From the NCBI GenBank assembly GCA_030704615.1, contig CM060732.1, positions 76,508,001-76,572,000 of the forward strand: a stretch of DNA of 64,000 bases, written 5' to 3'. This stretch comes from Takakia lepidozioides (lineage: Eukaryota > Plantae > Bryophyta). A program made the position numbers and the translations under genes. Position 1 is the stretch's first letter. Each line of letters begins with the position of its first letter. Below the pieces are notes generated by a model. That model saw nothing but the letters and a program-made list of their open reading frames with translations. It was not told where the DNA came from and ran no database searches. Shown in pieces: positions 26,757 through 40,929 of this stretch.

Positions 26757-26948
26757 CTTGATCCTTTTAGGGTATAGTCACAAGTTCACGTGACGTGGCA
26801 CTAGAGATGAATTGATAGCTGCCACTATCTTTGAGAACCCTTCTCACTAAACCTTGATCCTTTTAGGGTATAGTCACAAGTTCACGTGACGTAGCACTAG
26901 AGATGAATTGATAGCTGCCACTATCTTTGAGAACCCTTCTCACTAAAC
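26757..26948. repeat. Tandem duplication, 2 x 96 bp
   Basis: 26757-26852 and 26853-26948 differ at one base (GTGGCACT vs GTAGCACT); just 3' of the carrier stop codon. Confidence 0.95.
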
Positions 26949-26985
26949 CGTTCAGAGTTCAGCAATGGTTCAAAATGGGCTGGGG

Positions 26986-29900
26986 TTAGCTGGTTGAAGC
27001 CCTGTTGACAAAATGCTTGACAAGCTCATAGAGAGAGACAACAATCCCTATAGAAGGCCCGTTCCTGCCCATCCGGGGCCCAACTCCCATGAAGAGCCCT
27101 CGCACTCCTCCTTTCCTGCACCCCACACACACACATGATTTCACCATCAAATTACAGATTTTCATGAAGCTACCATGCCACTGCAATGCTAGCTGCAAAA
27201 TGAGGTTGATCAAAGATGTACTTGACTAAAAACAGCTCACCTCCAAATTTCATAGAGAGTTTGTCGATTGGTCATTGTTACGGCCTTCACAGGATCTTTC
27301 TGCACCACAAGAAGATTGGCCAAACTCTTTGTGAGCTTGGGAAATGAAGACCATCACAAGATCAAAAGAGATTTCACCATCAGCCTAATTATCACAGTTT
27401 TCATTAATGATTATGCAGATTCTATTTCTTCTGGGCCGGTCACAGTAAGTGGTTACTGTCACATGACATCAGGGCCATGTAGCTTTATAAACTTTTAAGT
27501 GTTTCTGATCACTGGAACCAAAGCTTTATGAGAGACCTGGATAACCCACCTCAATCTGGCGCCATGTTTTGACTACATCTAGAGGGCAGGTAATAGCTGC
27601 GGCTATGCTTCCTGATAGCACACCTGCAGCAAAATTGGCTCCAAACACATTTGCTGCATGTGGGTTAGGCCCTGCTGCTTCGAGGAGGTAGCCTCTCACC
27701 TGCATATCAAATAATTGGTAACCCTCAGTTTGGCAGCTCTAGAAAGGTTTCTAAGAAAGATTGGATCAAGTTCCTAGCTATTGAAGGACTGAGATTCTTC
27801 CCAGGGTGCCTACACGTAAGCATTGGAACAAATATTAGTGAGGGAGCCAGATTTCTGGGCTTATTGTAGGTGGTGGCCGGGACAGGCCAACACAGTCTAG
27901 GGCTCTTCATTTCATCCCTTCAGCTCTGGAGGTTGCCACTTTTCAGTGGCTTTGATGATCAACATCCTCAGGAAGTTGCACCGGCAATTTATTTTCCCAA
28001 AACCTTTATCCCCGATGGTGCTTGCAGGACCAGCTTTTAACACCAGTGTTTCAACATCTCACCCTAAGTGATTTCTATGCTTATCAACGACTCTCTATGA
28101 CTATCCACAATCAGGGTAAGCAGGCAAATAGAGCTGCTAAGAGGGAGGTTTCTGGATTCAAAGGGAAGGTAGACCTGAAAATGCTCATACAATGAAAAGG
28201 AGCCAGGGGACAGGGATATGACAATGATACTCTTGGCCAGGCAAGCTGGCCAATTTAAACCATAGAGATAGAAAAGTGGGTGGCTGGTAAGCTTACGGGC
28301 TCCAAGGTAGCCCAGCACATTGCAGAGAATGGAACATCGCGTGCTAATTGAGCTCCCACTCCAGTCCACAACAACTGTACTCCTTGCACTGCCCACCCCC
28401 CCCAAACAGCCACCTCCGCATGAGATCTCGGTCTGATTGCAAGAATGGAAGGGAGTGCGGCTTTGACTGAGTACATCAACTTGACGTCACACCTCTCTAG
28501 GTCCTTGTCATTTCCAAGTTCCAATTCACCTATGTAAGGCGTGATAGCAAAAATGATGATATTGCTGTCCTCAAAGCAGCTAGAAAGATATATATGCCCT
28601 GAGTTTCACCAACAGGCTTGCATGTGACATGAGAAGTGTAATAAGATGTAACGAGATGTTTTCTCATGCTTTGACAAGAATGCAAAGATAGACATTCCAT
28701 TCTTGCTAAAAAATTTTGGAGCCAGCATTAAGGGCTAGATAAGACCAAATATGGTAAACTTTACAACAACTATCAAGCTCCCTGAACAACTTGTAAGCAG
28801 AATAAGAGACTCACAACGTCCGCCTGGTGCTTCTCGAACAGTTGATAAAACACCACGAAGAGTGCCCCACATTCCTGGCGCTTTTCCACCCCTCACCTCC
28901 TCATGGGCCTGCATTAATGCATCTCAACACGCCATCACTCAACAGAAGAATGTCTGCATCTGAGATTACCACAAGAAGAGAAAGAGAAAAACTGCACCCA
29001 TCATACTTCAAGGCCATTGCCTTGTGACCATAGGCCTGGGCTGAATTTGGATAGAGCAGTGGGAGCACAGGGAGATGGGGGACAAAGCAGAACACCAGGA
29101 GAAACCACATTAAGAGAGAGGGACTTTATAATGTACATATCGAGAGAATGTACTCATAAGACTTGTGTTTGCTGTAGCCTTGTAGCCATAGACCATAGTA
29201 CAAACAGAGAGAGCGAAAGAGAGAGAGAGAGAGAGCTTACCTGCATGCGTGTCCTTACAAGCTCAAGGGGAGAGCAGATAAGGCAGACAAGTGATCGTGC
29301 CCCTGACGCTGCCAGCAATGGTGTATAGGGCTTCAAATGCAATGAATTTGAGTCTGAAAATCTCTCCAATGATTCATGGAGTACATCATAAGTAGGTAGA
29401 TATATTCCCACCTGTTTAATGGCAGATTGACAAAATCAAGATATGTGTGAACCTCCACATTTCCCAGCTCTGCGCTATTAAATGAGGGAACAGCCTTGCA
29501 GCTAAAAGGAAGCCAATGCTGAATACATTTTGGACTCGTTACTGACTGCTAACTGCAGTTACAGATGCTAAGTTGGAATGCAGATCAACCAGCAAGAAAG
29601 TCAATTCAGTTTGTCAATGCCTCGAAGGTCCAGTCCTCTAGCCACGACGATAATGTCTTGACTTGCGAGAATAGGTAGCTCTCTTACAGTTGGCATGGAA
29701 ATTGCAAGGGAAGCATTCGTGCCCCTCCAAAGTCGGAAAAAGCCTTCCTGCAACCAGTAGAGATTTTAGAATACACATGAACCCAGTTCACCCCAATTTA
29801 GTGGTACCTCATGACAAACAATCAACAGTTCACAAACTGCGGAGCACTGACGTTTGTAAAATCATATGTCATGTGTTGGAAGTCTTTGTGAGACAGAGAA

Positions 29901-31159
29901 AGACAAAGACAAACAAATAAACAAACAAATTTTACAACATCCAAAGTGTGTGTGTACGAGAGAGAGAGAGAGGCTTGCTCTGGCCACATAAGAACCATAA
30001 GTTGGGTAGTGCTGCATGCTAACCTGCCGGACAACTTTATAAAACACATCCCATGTGCTCTTGTACTCTGGGGTTCCCAGAGCATTGTGTACAGGGGCCA
30101 CTCCAGAAGTGCTCATTATATGGCACACAGAGGCAGACCTCCCATGAGTCAACATCTGCAACAACTTACCGAAAAGTCACCAGATTGTTGTTAAGGCTAC
30201 CAACTTGAACCCTTGAATCCAGTACACATTAACTCTTGTGTTCTACCAAATTACAGAACAAGGAATTAAAGCTCAACATCAACACAAGCCTCCACTCCAG
30301 AAACAAAGTGTGCTGAAAGCACTGTCTTGTAAAATCAAAAGCCGAAGAGAGGAATCTGACCGGCTCCCATCTCAGTTAATGCTTGTAGCATGCCATCCTT
30401 CCCCTTTACCTTCTCTGCAGCATGGGGTTCAGCAGCACCCGCCGTCATTTGTGGGGAGGTGAGTCGTGCTGCCTGAGCTTGCAGCCTCGTCTGCAATAAC
30501 CCACCCGCTGCCTTGAGCATCTTTCGGACTTTCTATGTCACCACTTCCACGTAGAAGACATGGTTGTAAGATCTCTCAGCATAGTAGAGTACTAAATTGC
30601 GAGGATTTCCGTGGAGAGATCAAGACTGTGCCCCAAGCAACTACAATATCCACAACCAGTACCGAAAAGCTTGGCGATGAATCCTCTGCCAGCTATTGGC
30701 TGGCTGTATGAACTCACCAACGGATTCGAATTTAGAAATCCCAGTTTATTCATTGCGACCTTCAGACCCAAGATGCGGAGTTTCAACAACCACCCACATA
30801 ATCCAACGAATACACTTTTCAAACGCTTTGCTTGAGCCATCGTCAACCATCGTCAACCATCGTCAACAACAACATAGCGTCTGGAGACAGAAAGAGGGTC
30901 AAATTACCTTGGCAACATCCAAGGGATTTACAATTAAAGCGGAGATGAAAGCAGCTCCAGCAGCGGAAATAATCTTCTCCCGAACATTCAAGATTCTTGT
31001 CGGAATCTCAGAGGGAGTGGCCTCCGTCATCCGCTGACTGCTTCTTACCGAAACCGTCTCCTGCCTTGCATGGCCAGAACTCGGCGACAAGCCCTCACTC
31101 CTCAACTGCTGACTTATGTACGAAGAACAGGACGGAGACGGCTGCGCTTGCGCCGCCAT
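26986..31159 (-). CDS. MTM1: Mitochondrial carrier protein MTM1 (SLC25A39/40 family)
   Basis: Multi-exon: [133 protein letters not shown]. Confidence 0.92.
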
Positions 31160-33048
31160 TCCACACCCGTCGCAGTCAATTCGCACCTATCCTCCTCCCT
31201 TCCATTCCAGCTCCGCCCACCTGCCTAAAACTCTCCCCACCTCCAACCATCCACTTTCTGCTCCCAATCCAGCCTCAAACCATCCCAGCTCCACCTCAAA
31301 CTCTCCAAAAACGCACGCTCACTCGATCTCTCCCTGCTACCCCACCCCTCCCTTCACAAATCCTCTCCACACCCCGTTTCCCTGCTCATCATCACGCAAT
31401 CTGCTGACCTAACTTAACTCTGCACTCTCTCTGCGTTTGTGCCCCCCTTCTTCCTGCACCGGGACTCGGCCATCTTCCCCTCTTTCCAATCCCACGGTGC
31501 GATCCCTTCTCAGGTAGATCGTGCGGCCCATACCTGTTTATATGGAATCCACAAAAGGGTACCGTGGTATCCTGCCAAAGTCTCACATACACATGTCGTA
31601 ACGCCGGAGCTGCCCACGTGGCATGCACTTTTCCACGGTCCTCGGATGGCATGGGACCAACTTCCATGTGGGATGTCCCCGCCGGCTCCGCCAAGCTATC
31701 CCAACGTAAAGGATTTTGCCTGCCTAATATGGCGTATTTTCAGGAGGATTAAAAAGCAGAAATCTACGCCTCATGCCACTAGTACATTATGCCACTTGCA
31801 CTAGCACATTATGAAACATAATGTGTTTGATTAGGACTGGCAGGCCAATGAGAGGGCGGCAGACTCAATCCTTTACGTACTGGAATGGGCTGCAACATGC
31901 TATTATGGTGGTTTCGGTGGCAGATCGCCCTCCGGCTCGCCACCACCTTACCCGCCACAATGTCATGTGGCAGCCCATTCCATAGTACGTTAAAAAGTGG
32001 AATTCATCGGAAAGCACCCTACCACCTCCATCGAGTGCATTCTGAAATGCAGGATGCACCTGCCATTAGATTTTTTTTTTTAATTTTGACATTTCTTTAT
32101 GCAAGATAACGGCCCCTCGTGTGAGTCATTTCCGGATTTTCGGGCCTGATGCCAACGGGAATTTTTGGGCCTTCCCCTGGGGCTACCGTTGGCGTTAGGC
32201 CCTTAAATCCGAGAATGCCCTCCATTGGAGGGCATTACCCTAGACGTAAAAATCAGGTGTGGAGTATTCTGCCGCTTTTTAAGACTAATTATCAGGCCGA
32301 ATGAGCCACCCAGGGTGGTGTACGACAGATGGCTGGGATGGCCGAGTATATATCCACCCCAATCAGATTGCGCCAAGTAGCGGCGAGAATACTCCACAAC
32401 CTGCTGTTTATGCGCCATGGAGTGGGCATACTTAGGAGCTAGGAACTAGGAGCAGTGTTTTTCTTTCTGGCGAAAAATCGCCAAATTTCGACCTGGAAAC
32501 TACGTCAGCTACTTGTACAAAGGAATTATGGGGGTAAAATCCGACTTTTTCGCCAAAAAGCAGAAGCAGACAAATTTCAGGGGCCTAATTATGCTGACGT
32601 GGACCAGTTAACACGTGACACTTGGAATATAGCCACTTTTCTAACTCTGCCACCTCGATATTCTCGCCACATGGGCACTGCGTAGAATTCACAGGTGGCC
32701 CCGCCAGCGATTTTGGAAATATGAAAAAAAACACTGACTAGGAGCCATCGGCACCACATGCCTGCTCTCTAGTACTTTGCCGGCGTCTCCACCGATCGGC
32801 AAAGTCACTTCCGTGTGTGGAGCTTCCAAGAGTTGGGTTGACCTTGAGCCCCTCACTTCGCAAGTGGTGGGGTCCTGGCGGATGCTTGGGTATCTCTTTC
32901 ACCCAGTGGTTCTGAGTTCAAATCTAGCTACAGCTTCATAACCAAGGGATCATGTCTCCCTCTTTGGAGCATGTACATGGAATGCATTGGTAACCCGTAC
33001 AACATGTCAAATATGGGGCCCACCCTCCAAAGGGGGCAGTAGCCGCAA

Positions 33049-33206
33049 GGTGAAGTGGCTCTTAGGCAGGCGTCCTCTCTCTCTCTCTCTAAAATTGAAT
33101 TCCAATAGTCGGGCATGAACTCTGGCGTGGTGAAGTGGCTCTTAGGCCGGCGTCTTCTCTCTCTCTCTCAAAAATTGAATTCCAATAGTCGGGCATGAAC
33201 TCTGGC
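33049..33206. repeat. Tandem duplication, about 2 x 80 bp, containing (CT)n
   Basis: GGTGAAGTGGCTCTTAGG...(CT)n AAAATTGAATTCCAATAGTCGGGCATGAACTCTGGC occurs twice. Confidence 0.9.
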
Positions 33207-33249
33207 CTGGCAAGGGGCTCACAACTCTGTATAGCACCTAGCCGACATC

Positions 33250-33425
33250 CACCATGTAGGCCAGTGGTAATGGGCACAACCACATTGGATGTGGTCGTGG
33301 GTTCAAACCACGATCTGGTGTGTCATGAAGGTGTCCACCTTTCAGGCGGAAGGCAGTAGCCCTTGTGGTGAAGAGACACCATAAGTTACCATAAGTTACG
33401 CCCCCCTTCAGGAGGATGTATAGCA
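33250..33425 (+). mobile_element. SINE family copy 3 (most complete; Pol III A and B boxes)
   Basis: A box TAGGCCAGTGG, B box GGTTCAAACC within a CGTGG...CCACG T-stem, followed by the family body. Confidence 0.7.
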
Positions 33426-33807
33426 CCTCGCCTGGGTTGCTTACCATACACGTACAATGCTAAGATGGTCCCTGGCATCCGGGCGGCCCCATATGCTCCC
33501 TCTTTCCTTGCTTTACTTGACACCTCACAAGACAAATTATCCCACCGACACCCCTTTTTGCGCCACCCTATTCGTCTGATCCTCCATGTTTTTTTTTCAA
33601 ACCTTCAAGAAAATCCATCTTTAATGAAATTGCTTTACATATTGGCTGATTTTGCCGGGCAATCCGGGTGAGCTCATTAGCCCTAGGGGGCTGTTCCCTG
33701 GGATTCAGAGCTAAGGATCCCTGCATTGTCTATGTGCTCCCTCATGTTCCCTCACGACCACGGCAGATGCCAGTATGCAGAATCAGCCGGGCTACTTATT
33801 CGGCATA

Positions 33808-34680
33808 CCGTATTGACCTAGCTTATTAGGCAATACTTAATTCAAAATCAAGTGCCTAATTAAATATAGAACATGTTTGGAAACTGTGCCTAAAACTTGG
33901 AAACATTTCCTGAGAAGTGCCTAATTGCTCGAAAATTGTGAAAACACCCAAATGCCAAATATCAGAAAAAATGCTTAAATTGTAATATTTAAAGTCCATT
34001 TCTGTAATTTCTAATTTCATATCCACACACAACTTCCAAAGGGCCCTGCATCGATGCAACTACATTTTATTTTATTTATATATATTTTTCCATTTTACTA
34101 CATCTTCATAAGTCTCATCACCTATCTCATGTGAATCTTCTGAATCTTCGAGAATGCTATGAGAGAACGTTAAGGTCAGGAACATCATCATCCTCGATAT
34201 GCATGTTTGCAAGACATCGGAGGTAAAATATATTTTCGAGACCATTATGTTTTTTTAATTAATTAATTTTTTGGCAACAGGGACAGAGGCCCTGAAGATT
34301 TTATTGAAGGGGCAAACAGTACAGAGAGGAGGAAAAAATAACCTCCGAGAGAACCGTAAAAGCGTATGGCATGGGAACACTTGGCATGGGAACACCCCGC
34401 ACTAAGAGAGAGGGGGGTGGGGGAAGCAGGAATGAGCCTAAGCAGGTCGGAGGTGAGGTGGCTGGAGAGCAAGCTCCAGCAGTTTTTCTTAAAAGAAAAT
34501 TACCTCAACAATAGTTTTTGAGGGAGGTCAATTGTTCATTATTATCCAGGATCGACTGTACCTAATGTTTGGAAATTACCTAGGTGAGGTGCCTAAATAA
34601 TAAAAACGAATCTGCCTAATAATATTTCATTTTTATTAATTATTAGGCGCGGAAGTGCCTAATTAGCTAGGTCAGGACGG
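33808..34680. mobile_element. Non-autonomous TIR element (Tc1/mariner/pogo-like MITE)
   Basis: Left CCGTATTGACCTAGCTTATTAGGCA vs reverse complement of right CCGTCCTGACCTAGCTAATTAGGCA; TA before the left end (right side is TC); subterminal GTGCCTAA motifs at both ends; no coding capacity seen. Confidence 0.7.
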
Positions 34681-35225
34681 TCTGAATCACCAGTGCCCTA
34701 ATCCCGCCAGATACCTAGTCCGTGCAGAACATACCCAATAAGCCATTGAAGCTCTTAAGGGAACCCTTATAAAACCTCCAGGATGTATTCTTAGAGGGTT
34801 TTAGTTGACAGAAAGAAAAAATACCTCTGATCTCATCCATGATGGACGGATGTATATCTCTCTTGTATCCATATTTATCCATCTACGTCTACCGGACGAC
34901 CGGGAAATCCCGGTTGGGTCCCCGCGCGGAGTACAACGCAGACGCAGTCTTCTCCGCAGTGTGTAGGCGAAGCGGAATGTGTTGGAGGGGGGAGGAAGGA
35001 ATGCGAGCTTTCTCTTTTCCCCATTCTTATCAGTGGCAGGAGGGAACAGGGCACTGCTCGTTGTTCAGTTTCTTCTTTGAAAATCTGGCAGTGGTAGGTT
35101 TTGGTTTAGAAGCTTTCCTCCCAATTTGTGAGGTGTGAGAAGGAGGAGTGGCTCTCTTTTTGGCATATAGGCTGGCTGGTGCTCACTGCGAGCTTGGCAC
35201 GTGAAGGCCATACGTTTCCCTGGAG

Positions 35226-38200
35226 ATGGCAACGATTTCCTCGAGGATTGTAGCTGTTTCTGTGGGAGAGTGTAGAGAGACTTTCCAGCTGACTGGCTCA
35301 GCATTTGTAGGATCTTCGAAGGTCGTGTTAGGGCTTACAAATAGCAGGTTCTTAGGCAGGAAATTGGCGGCAAGGGGAGGGACAGAAACTGGCGTGTCAC
35401 GACTGTATTGTGTGGCTGCATTGTCCAGACCCAAAGCCAAGGATGATCTTATGGCAAGTTCGTGAAACCCTAAACCTGCACTGGTTTACGCTCATGTCTT
35501 CTACTGCTGAATTCCTGCATCCGTAGCTTCAGGGGTTCGTCTGCAGTTCCATTGGTGTATTTTGCGAGCCGGGCTGAATGTGACTTCAAGCAGGAATTCC
35601 TGAAGTGCTTCTTTTCGACGGCTGGCAGACTTTGGCTAGAAACGCTCCTGGTTTTCCTGGGACACCGCACAATGCGTGGTTGTAAATTAGTATATTATGG
35701 TTTGCAACCATTTTGGAGCCGCATCATTTGCAACTGGTATGCACGGGAGACGATTCATGACCTCGTTCCGAATTTCAATTCAAAGGATCATGTTTCTAAT
35801 AAGAGAGGAGATGCTGCAGGCAGAGGCAGAGGAGCGATGGCAGAGAGCTTTGGACAACCCTTTGGAGGGTGTGCAGTTTACACATGAAGAGTTTGCAGAT
35901 GCGCTATCTAAGTACGACTTCAGCTTTGAAATTGGTGACCTGGTACACCCTCCATAGTCTCCACCTTTTATGATTCATTTCCACCTGAAACCGGGGCTTT
36001 GGTTATTTTTCGTGCAAGCGTATTCCATCGCATGTCATTTGACCGGGGTGAGGTGAGCAATAGAGTTAAGAAAGACATACAAGAAGAAAAAAGAGAAAGT
36101 GAGTCAGGCTGTGGCCTTATTTTTGTGATATGCTCAGTGATATTATAGTTCAGATATGCGATTCTTGGTCAGGTTTTCCTTAGGATTTATACGGATGAAT
36201 CCTCATCATCATGTCTTTCAGAACAAAAACCTTAGATCATTGTTGTAGAGAGGATATGTCATGCACCTCTGCTGCTTTGGGCCAATGTGGCACATTCGTA
36301 GGCCCTTCAGAGCACTGCCATTGAGAGTTAACTTGGCGTGGCCCACTATTGTGAGGACGATGCAGTTTGCTTTAGCTGATCATGGCTGTTTCAAGTTTTG
36401 TGTCCTCTGACAATGAGCCATATGATATTATGACAGATGTCGTCTTGGTGTTGTACACTTTTTCTTACAAAAAATAACAGGGACTGAAACTATCTGGTTC
36501 CCTGTGTGATGGGATGCCATTGGATTGCCTGAATGCCTGGAAGAGCAAGACTCTTCTGAATCTGAAACTTTTTGGGAAGTAGTTCTTGCAATTCAGACCT
36601 GTTGGAGAGCCTCTGAAAACCATCTCAGGAGGTAGCAATTCCAGTTATTTCTTTTTGTGAGCACTGGCTGGAGAAAGCCAGCAGTATCTTTAGGTGTTAG
36701 GGTACTTCTCTTAAACCCTGCACCCTGGGGGCAGTGAGAGAGAATGTACTCATGAGACGTTGTTTGCTGTTAGCCTTGTGGCCATAGACCCCATGCCCTG
36801 TTTGGCAGAATAGGCACTACATTTGTGAGGGGCTTACTTCAGTAGTGGGACTTACCTTGGTATAAACCGAGATCTAGAAAGCCTGTCACACTAGCATCAT
36901 TCTCCCGTGTGTTAGCTTGCCCAGCAATTAGAACCCAACAGGGCCAGGGCTGTAGTCTTAGCCTCGAGATTTTGGAAGTTGGTGAACAGAGGTACAGGAA
37001 CTATGTCCTTGATGGTCCTGAAGAGGGTCACTCTCTTATGAGTATACCCCAGATGCTGTATCAGAAAATAGATATTGTCTTCAGGCCTAATGTCTGCAGA
37101 ACTAATGGGCTGTTGTGTGATATACTCCAGTTCATCAGGGGTGAGAGAATGTACTCATAAGACTTTGTTTGCCATAGCCTTGTGCCGTAGGCCCTGTGCC
37201 TAGTTTGGATGGAAAAAGGGGAGGGGGAAGAGAGAGAGAGAGAGAGATGCTGACAACAGTAACTCGGTGTTAATAGGTGAAAGGCGTAGTGTTCAAGACA
37301 GACTACAATGGAGCTCTGATTGACATAGGGGCAAAGGCGCCAGCGTACCTTCCTCTGCAAGAGGCATGCATCCACAAGCTGAAGAGTGTGGAGGAGGTGG
37401 GGCTGGTGCCAGGTGTTGAGGAGGAGTTTCTAATTTTTCGTGACGATGACGACAAGGGCCGAATGATTCTGAGTCTGCGGAAGCTGCAATATGACATGTC
37501 GTGGGAGCGCTGCCGACAATTGCAGGCAGAAGATGTGCCCATCAGATCGTTGGTAAACTTTTTGTCATGTCACTCACGTGTACCGAACTGATGTTTGTCT
37601 TGATTTAGTTAAGGAATTACTGTCCTTGTGGGCATCCTACTTCGTATCATAGGAAATCAGCAAGCTTTTCCCACATGTATGAGTTGGGAATGGAGGTTTC
37701 AGAAGTGGTGCTTGTCACTGCAGGTTCTGATGGCCAACAGAGGAGGAGTGGTTGTGCTAGTGGAGGGCCTTCGTGGCTTTGTGCCCTTCTCACAAATTAC
37801 AGCTGTGAGTTTCTCTCTAGTACCATGAACCCCAATACCATGAAAGCAATATGTGGAGTTGACCTTGAGCATTCACAGCAGTTTCCTGCTTTTTCTTACC
37901 ATTATTCTCTTGTTGTGGCCACCACATCATGGCTCTATTTTAGTATAAACAAAGATAAGGTTCTGGCATTTACTGTACTTACATGGATATGTCATCCACC
38001 AAGAGTAAGCCTGGGTTGCGTATCTGTTGGTTACAGAGTTAGTTGTTCAGAAGAGTGCTCTGTGTGTAGAGACAAAATTCACAAAATTCAGAGGAGCTAG
38101 TTGACAAGGAGCTACTAGTCAAGTTTTTGGAGGTGGATGAGGAGCGCACACGTCTGGTGCTGAGCAACCGGAAGGCCTTAGCTGAGAATCGGGCAGTATT

Positions 38201-39766
38201 TGGTGTTGGATCTGTCATGGTGGGCACAGTGCAATCCGTGAAGCCCTATGGAGCTTTCATTGACATTGGAGGCATCAGTGGGCTCTTACATATCAGTCAA
38301 ATCAGCCATGACCGCCTCACTACTGTTGAGACTGTCCTTTCAGTAGGTGACAAACTCAAGGCAAGTTCTCTCGCTCCGGTAGCTGCTAGGGATGCAGTTG
38401 GTTAACGAACTAAACATCAAACATTGTTTCTCATTGGGTTACTGTTGATATCTCCCTCATAAGCATTTGTATCAAGTTCTGCTGTCACAATAAGTGTCTG
38501 TCACGAGTCATTTGAAATCAAGTTGATGTCCTATGTAGACAGTTTTGAGGCTGGATGGCACTACTGCACCACTATGTTTGTGGCAGATCAGCACGGTTCG
38601 GTATATTATTGAAGTTTTGGCCCCTCTGTGCTCTGAAGATGTTCCCAAGTTGATAGCGCCTCTGATGGCACATTGAGTTGGTCAAACTGTGGACAGAAGC
38701 CCTGGTAATGACAATCCACAACTTCTACTGTCTCTACTTGTGGGGTCTAGGGGCCACTTGATAATCCCAGCTTGGTGGGTTCTTTTGACACCTGAGGATC
38801 GTGACTACCCCGCTACTACAGTGATGTCCAATACAGTAGGTGTCAGCAACAGGTATGAGTGAGTGTCACGACGCATCTACAGAACTTGGTAGCTCAATTA
38901 CCCAAATAAATAAAATGTCGTGGGGTGGTGATTGACTGGTGATAGTGGGTTGTGCAGGTGATGATATTGAGCCAGGACAGAGAGAGGGGTCGTATCAGCC
39001 TTTCCACCAAGAAGCTGGAGCCAACTCCTGGTGACATGTTGCGCAACCCTGCGCTTGTCTATGAGAAGGTAGGTTGAAAGATAGCTTTCTTTTGTCCTTT
39101 CCATCTTCAGTTCAGACTTCTGACCTTTTAATGTTGGATATGCCTGGAGGCTGTGTAGAGAAATCATGAGGCTGCAATTTATGTTAGTATTGATCATAAG
39201 ATGTTTATTATTGAGCAAAGCCAGGACCGCTATGATGTGTGTCGGACTGAAATTTTGCCAACACTTGCTAGGTTATGTTTTATGATTATTAACATACATA
39301 TGAAGGTTTTTAAACAGTATCTTGGTGTATGTTTCAAGATGGAAATAATTTTTTTCTTGTAACAATCACAGGCTGATGAGATGGCTAAGACGTTTAGGCA
39401 AAGAGTGGCACAAGCTGAAGCTGCTGCCCGTGCTGAAGAGATGCGGCTGCAGCAAGAGGTATGCCTCTTCCCACATCAGTCCCTGGCCTGGACTGTAAAA
39501 TCTCATTTTTGCTGACAGTGAGTTGACCGCAGGTATCTCCATCTGTAGGAGTTTTGAAAGGGCCCATACTCAATCAAAGCTGCTCTTGTCTGCAAATTTG
39601 TGTCTTGAGTATGAGGTTCTTGGGGGCCTAAAAGTTGGATATTTAACAATCTGGGCTTGATTTGCAGGGGGGGTTTGGTTTGGGACTGGACCTTGGATCA
39701 AGCGATGATTCCTTGGGCTTGGAGGAGTTGGACCTGTCTGATATCCCTCTTGCACAGGAAGACTGA
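35226..39766 (+). CDS. PRPS1: Plastid 30S ribosomal protein S1 (bS1c)
   Basis: Exons about 35226-35453, ~35807-35942, 37277-37552, 37724-37804, 38070-38360, 38958-39068, 39372-39458, 39668-39766; transit peptide, three S1 domains ([19 protein letters not shown]; [10 protein letters not shown]; [25 protein letters not shown]), [13 protein letters not shown]. Confidence 0.95.
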
Positions 39767-40929
39767 GCTCACCCGGTGCAGGTTTACTTGATTCCACCCC
39801 GCCACAGGGGAACTCTTTTTTCTCCAGTTCCGTAACCAGAAAGTAAAGGGATACAAATTAGTTCTCTTTCTTGTACATTTGCAATGAGTTGGCACGAGTG
39901 CTTGTGTTAAAAAGCAAGGCCTCCTATTTCAGTGTCCTTTGTTCCTCCTCTGCAGCCTGTCAAAATTGTGATGTTTGGGTTTCTTTACCGGTGTATGATT
40001 CCCTTATTGTCCTCCACAATATGATCTCTCAAGCTTTACTAGGACAAAGTTAAAAGCTTGGCCACATAAGAATAATGGCATCTTGGCATTGTTGCAAGGC
40101 TGACAGTCAGAAGAGCCTGGTGCTTCCCAACATGGTGCAGGTGACAGAGGACGGTGAGGTTGAAATGTAATACCAAATAGTCTTTAGTAACAGTATCCCA
40201 TCCAAAAGCATAATTGAACGAAGTGAGAGAGAGAGAGAGAGAGATGCAAACCCATTTTGCAAACAAAAGACCATAACATGAAATCTTTAAGCTGAGCAAG
40301 AAATGAAGTTATGGGATGCAAGTGATAATCGATTTACACTACCACTTTCCGAGTGGAGTATCTCTTTATCATCCTTTATCATTGTATCGCAGGTGGGCAG
40401 TGGTACATTTCAGAGATTATGGATGTGTGCACAAGGATGGGCTTGAATTTGTGTGAGACTCGGTTAGTTTGGTGCAATGGAGTGCTTCAATGCATCGATG
40501 ATAACAAGGGATAATTGGAGATCCTCATACTGCTTGGCTTTGTTCACATCATCTAGTGCACTGTGTCATTGACAGGATGGTTTCTGGTTAGTATGTGGAG
40601 GGTCAGCAAATGCACGTCTTGTGACTTCACTCTCAAGAGATTTGATCGTGGAGGTTGAGGGGAAAATGTTGGGTGTGAAGATTTAAATTCAACACAGTCC
40701 TGAAGAAATTTCAAACAACCAGAGATAAAGCTCTGACTGGACTGGTTGACTGGAACAGCTCTGGCTGTGCTATAAACAGAAAGGAATAATATATTGCACT
40801 AACCTTTGCCATGGTGAACGAGGCAATTTGGCACAGCATGATTATTATGTGACTGACAATAAAAGTAAACACTGGGTCCCTCCTGGCTCCACTGCCGACT
40901 CCGTTGGGAACAAAACCACAAAGAAATAC

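Noticed and set aside
33250-33315. tRNA gene
   Set aside because: Has A/B boxes but no complete cloverleaf or acceptor stem, and continues into a dispersed repeat body; called a SINE head.
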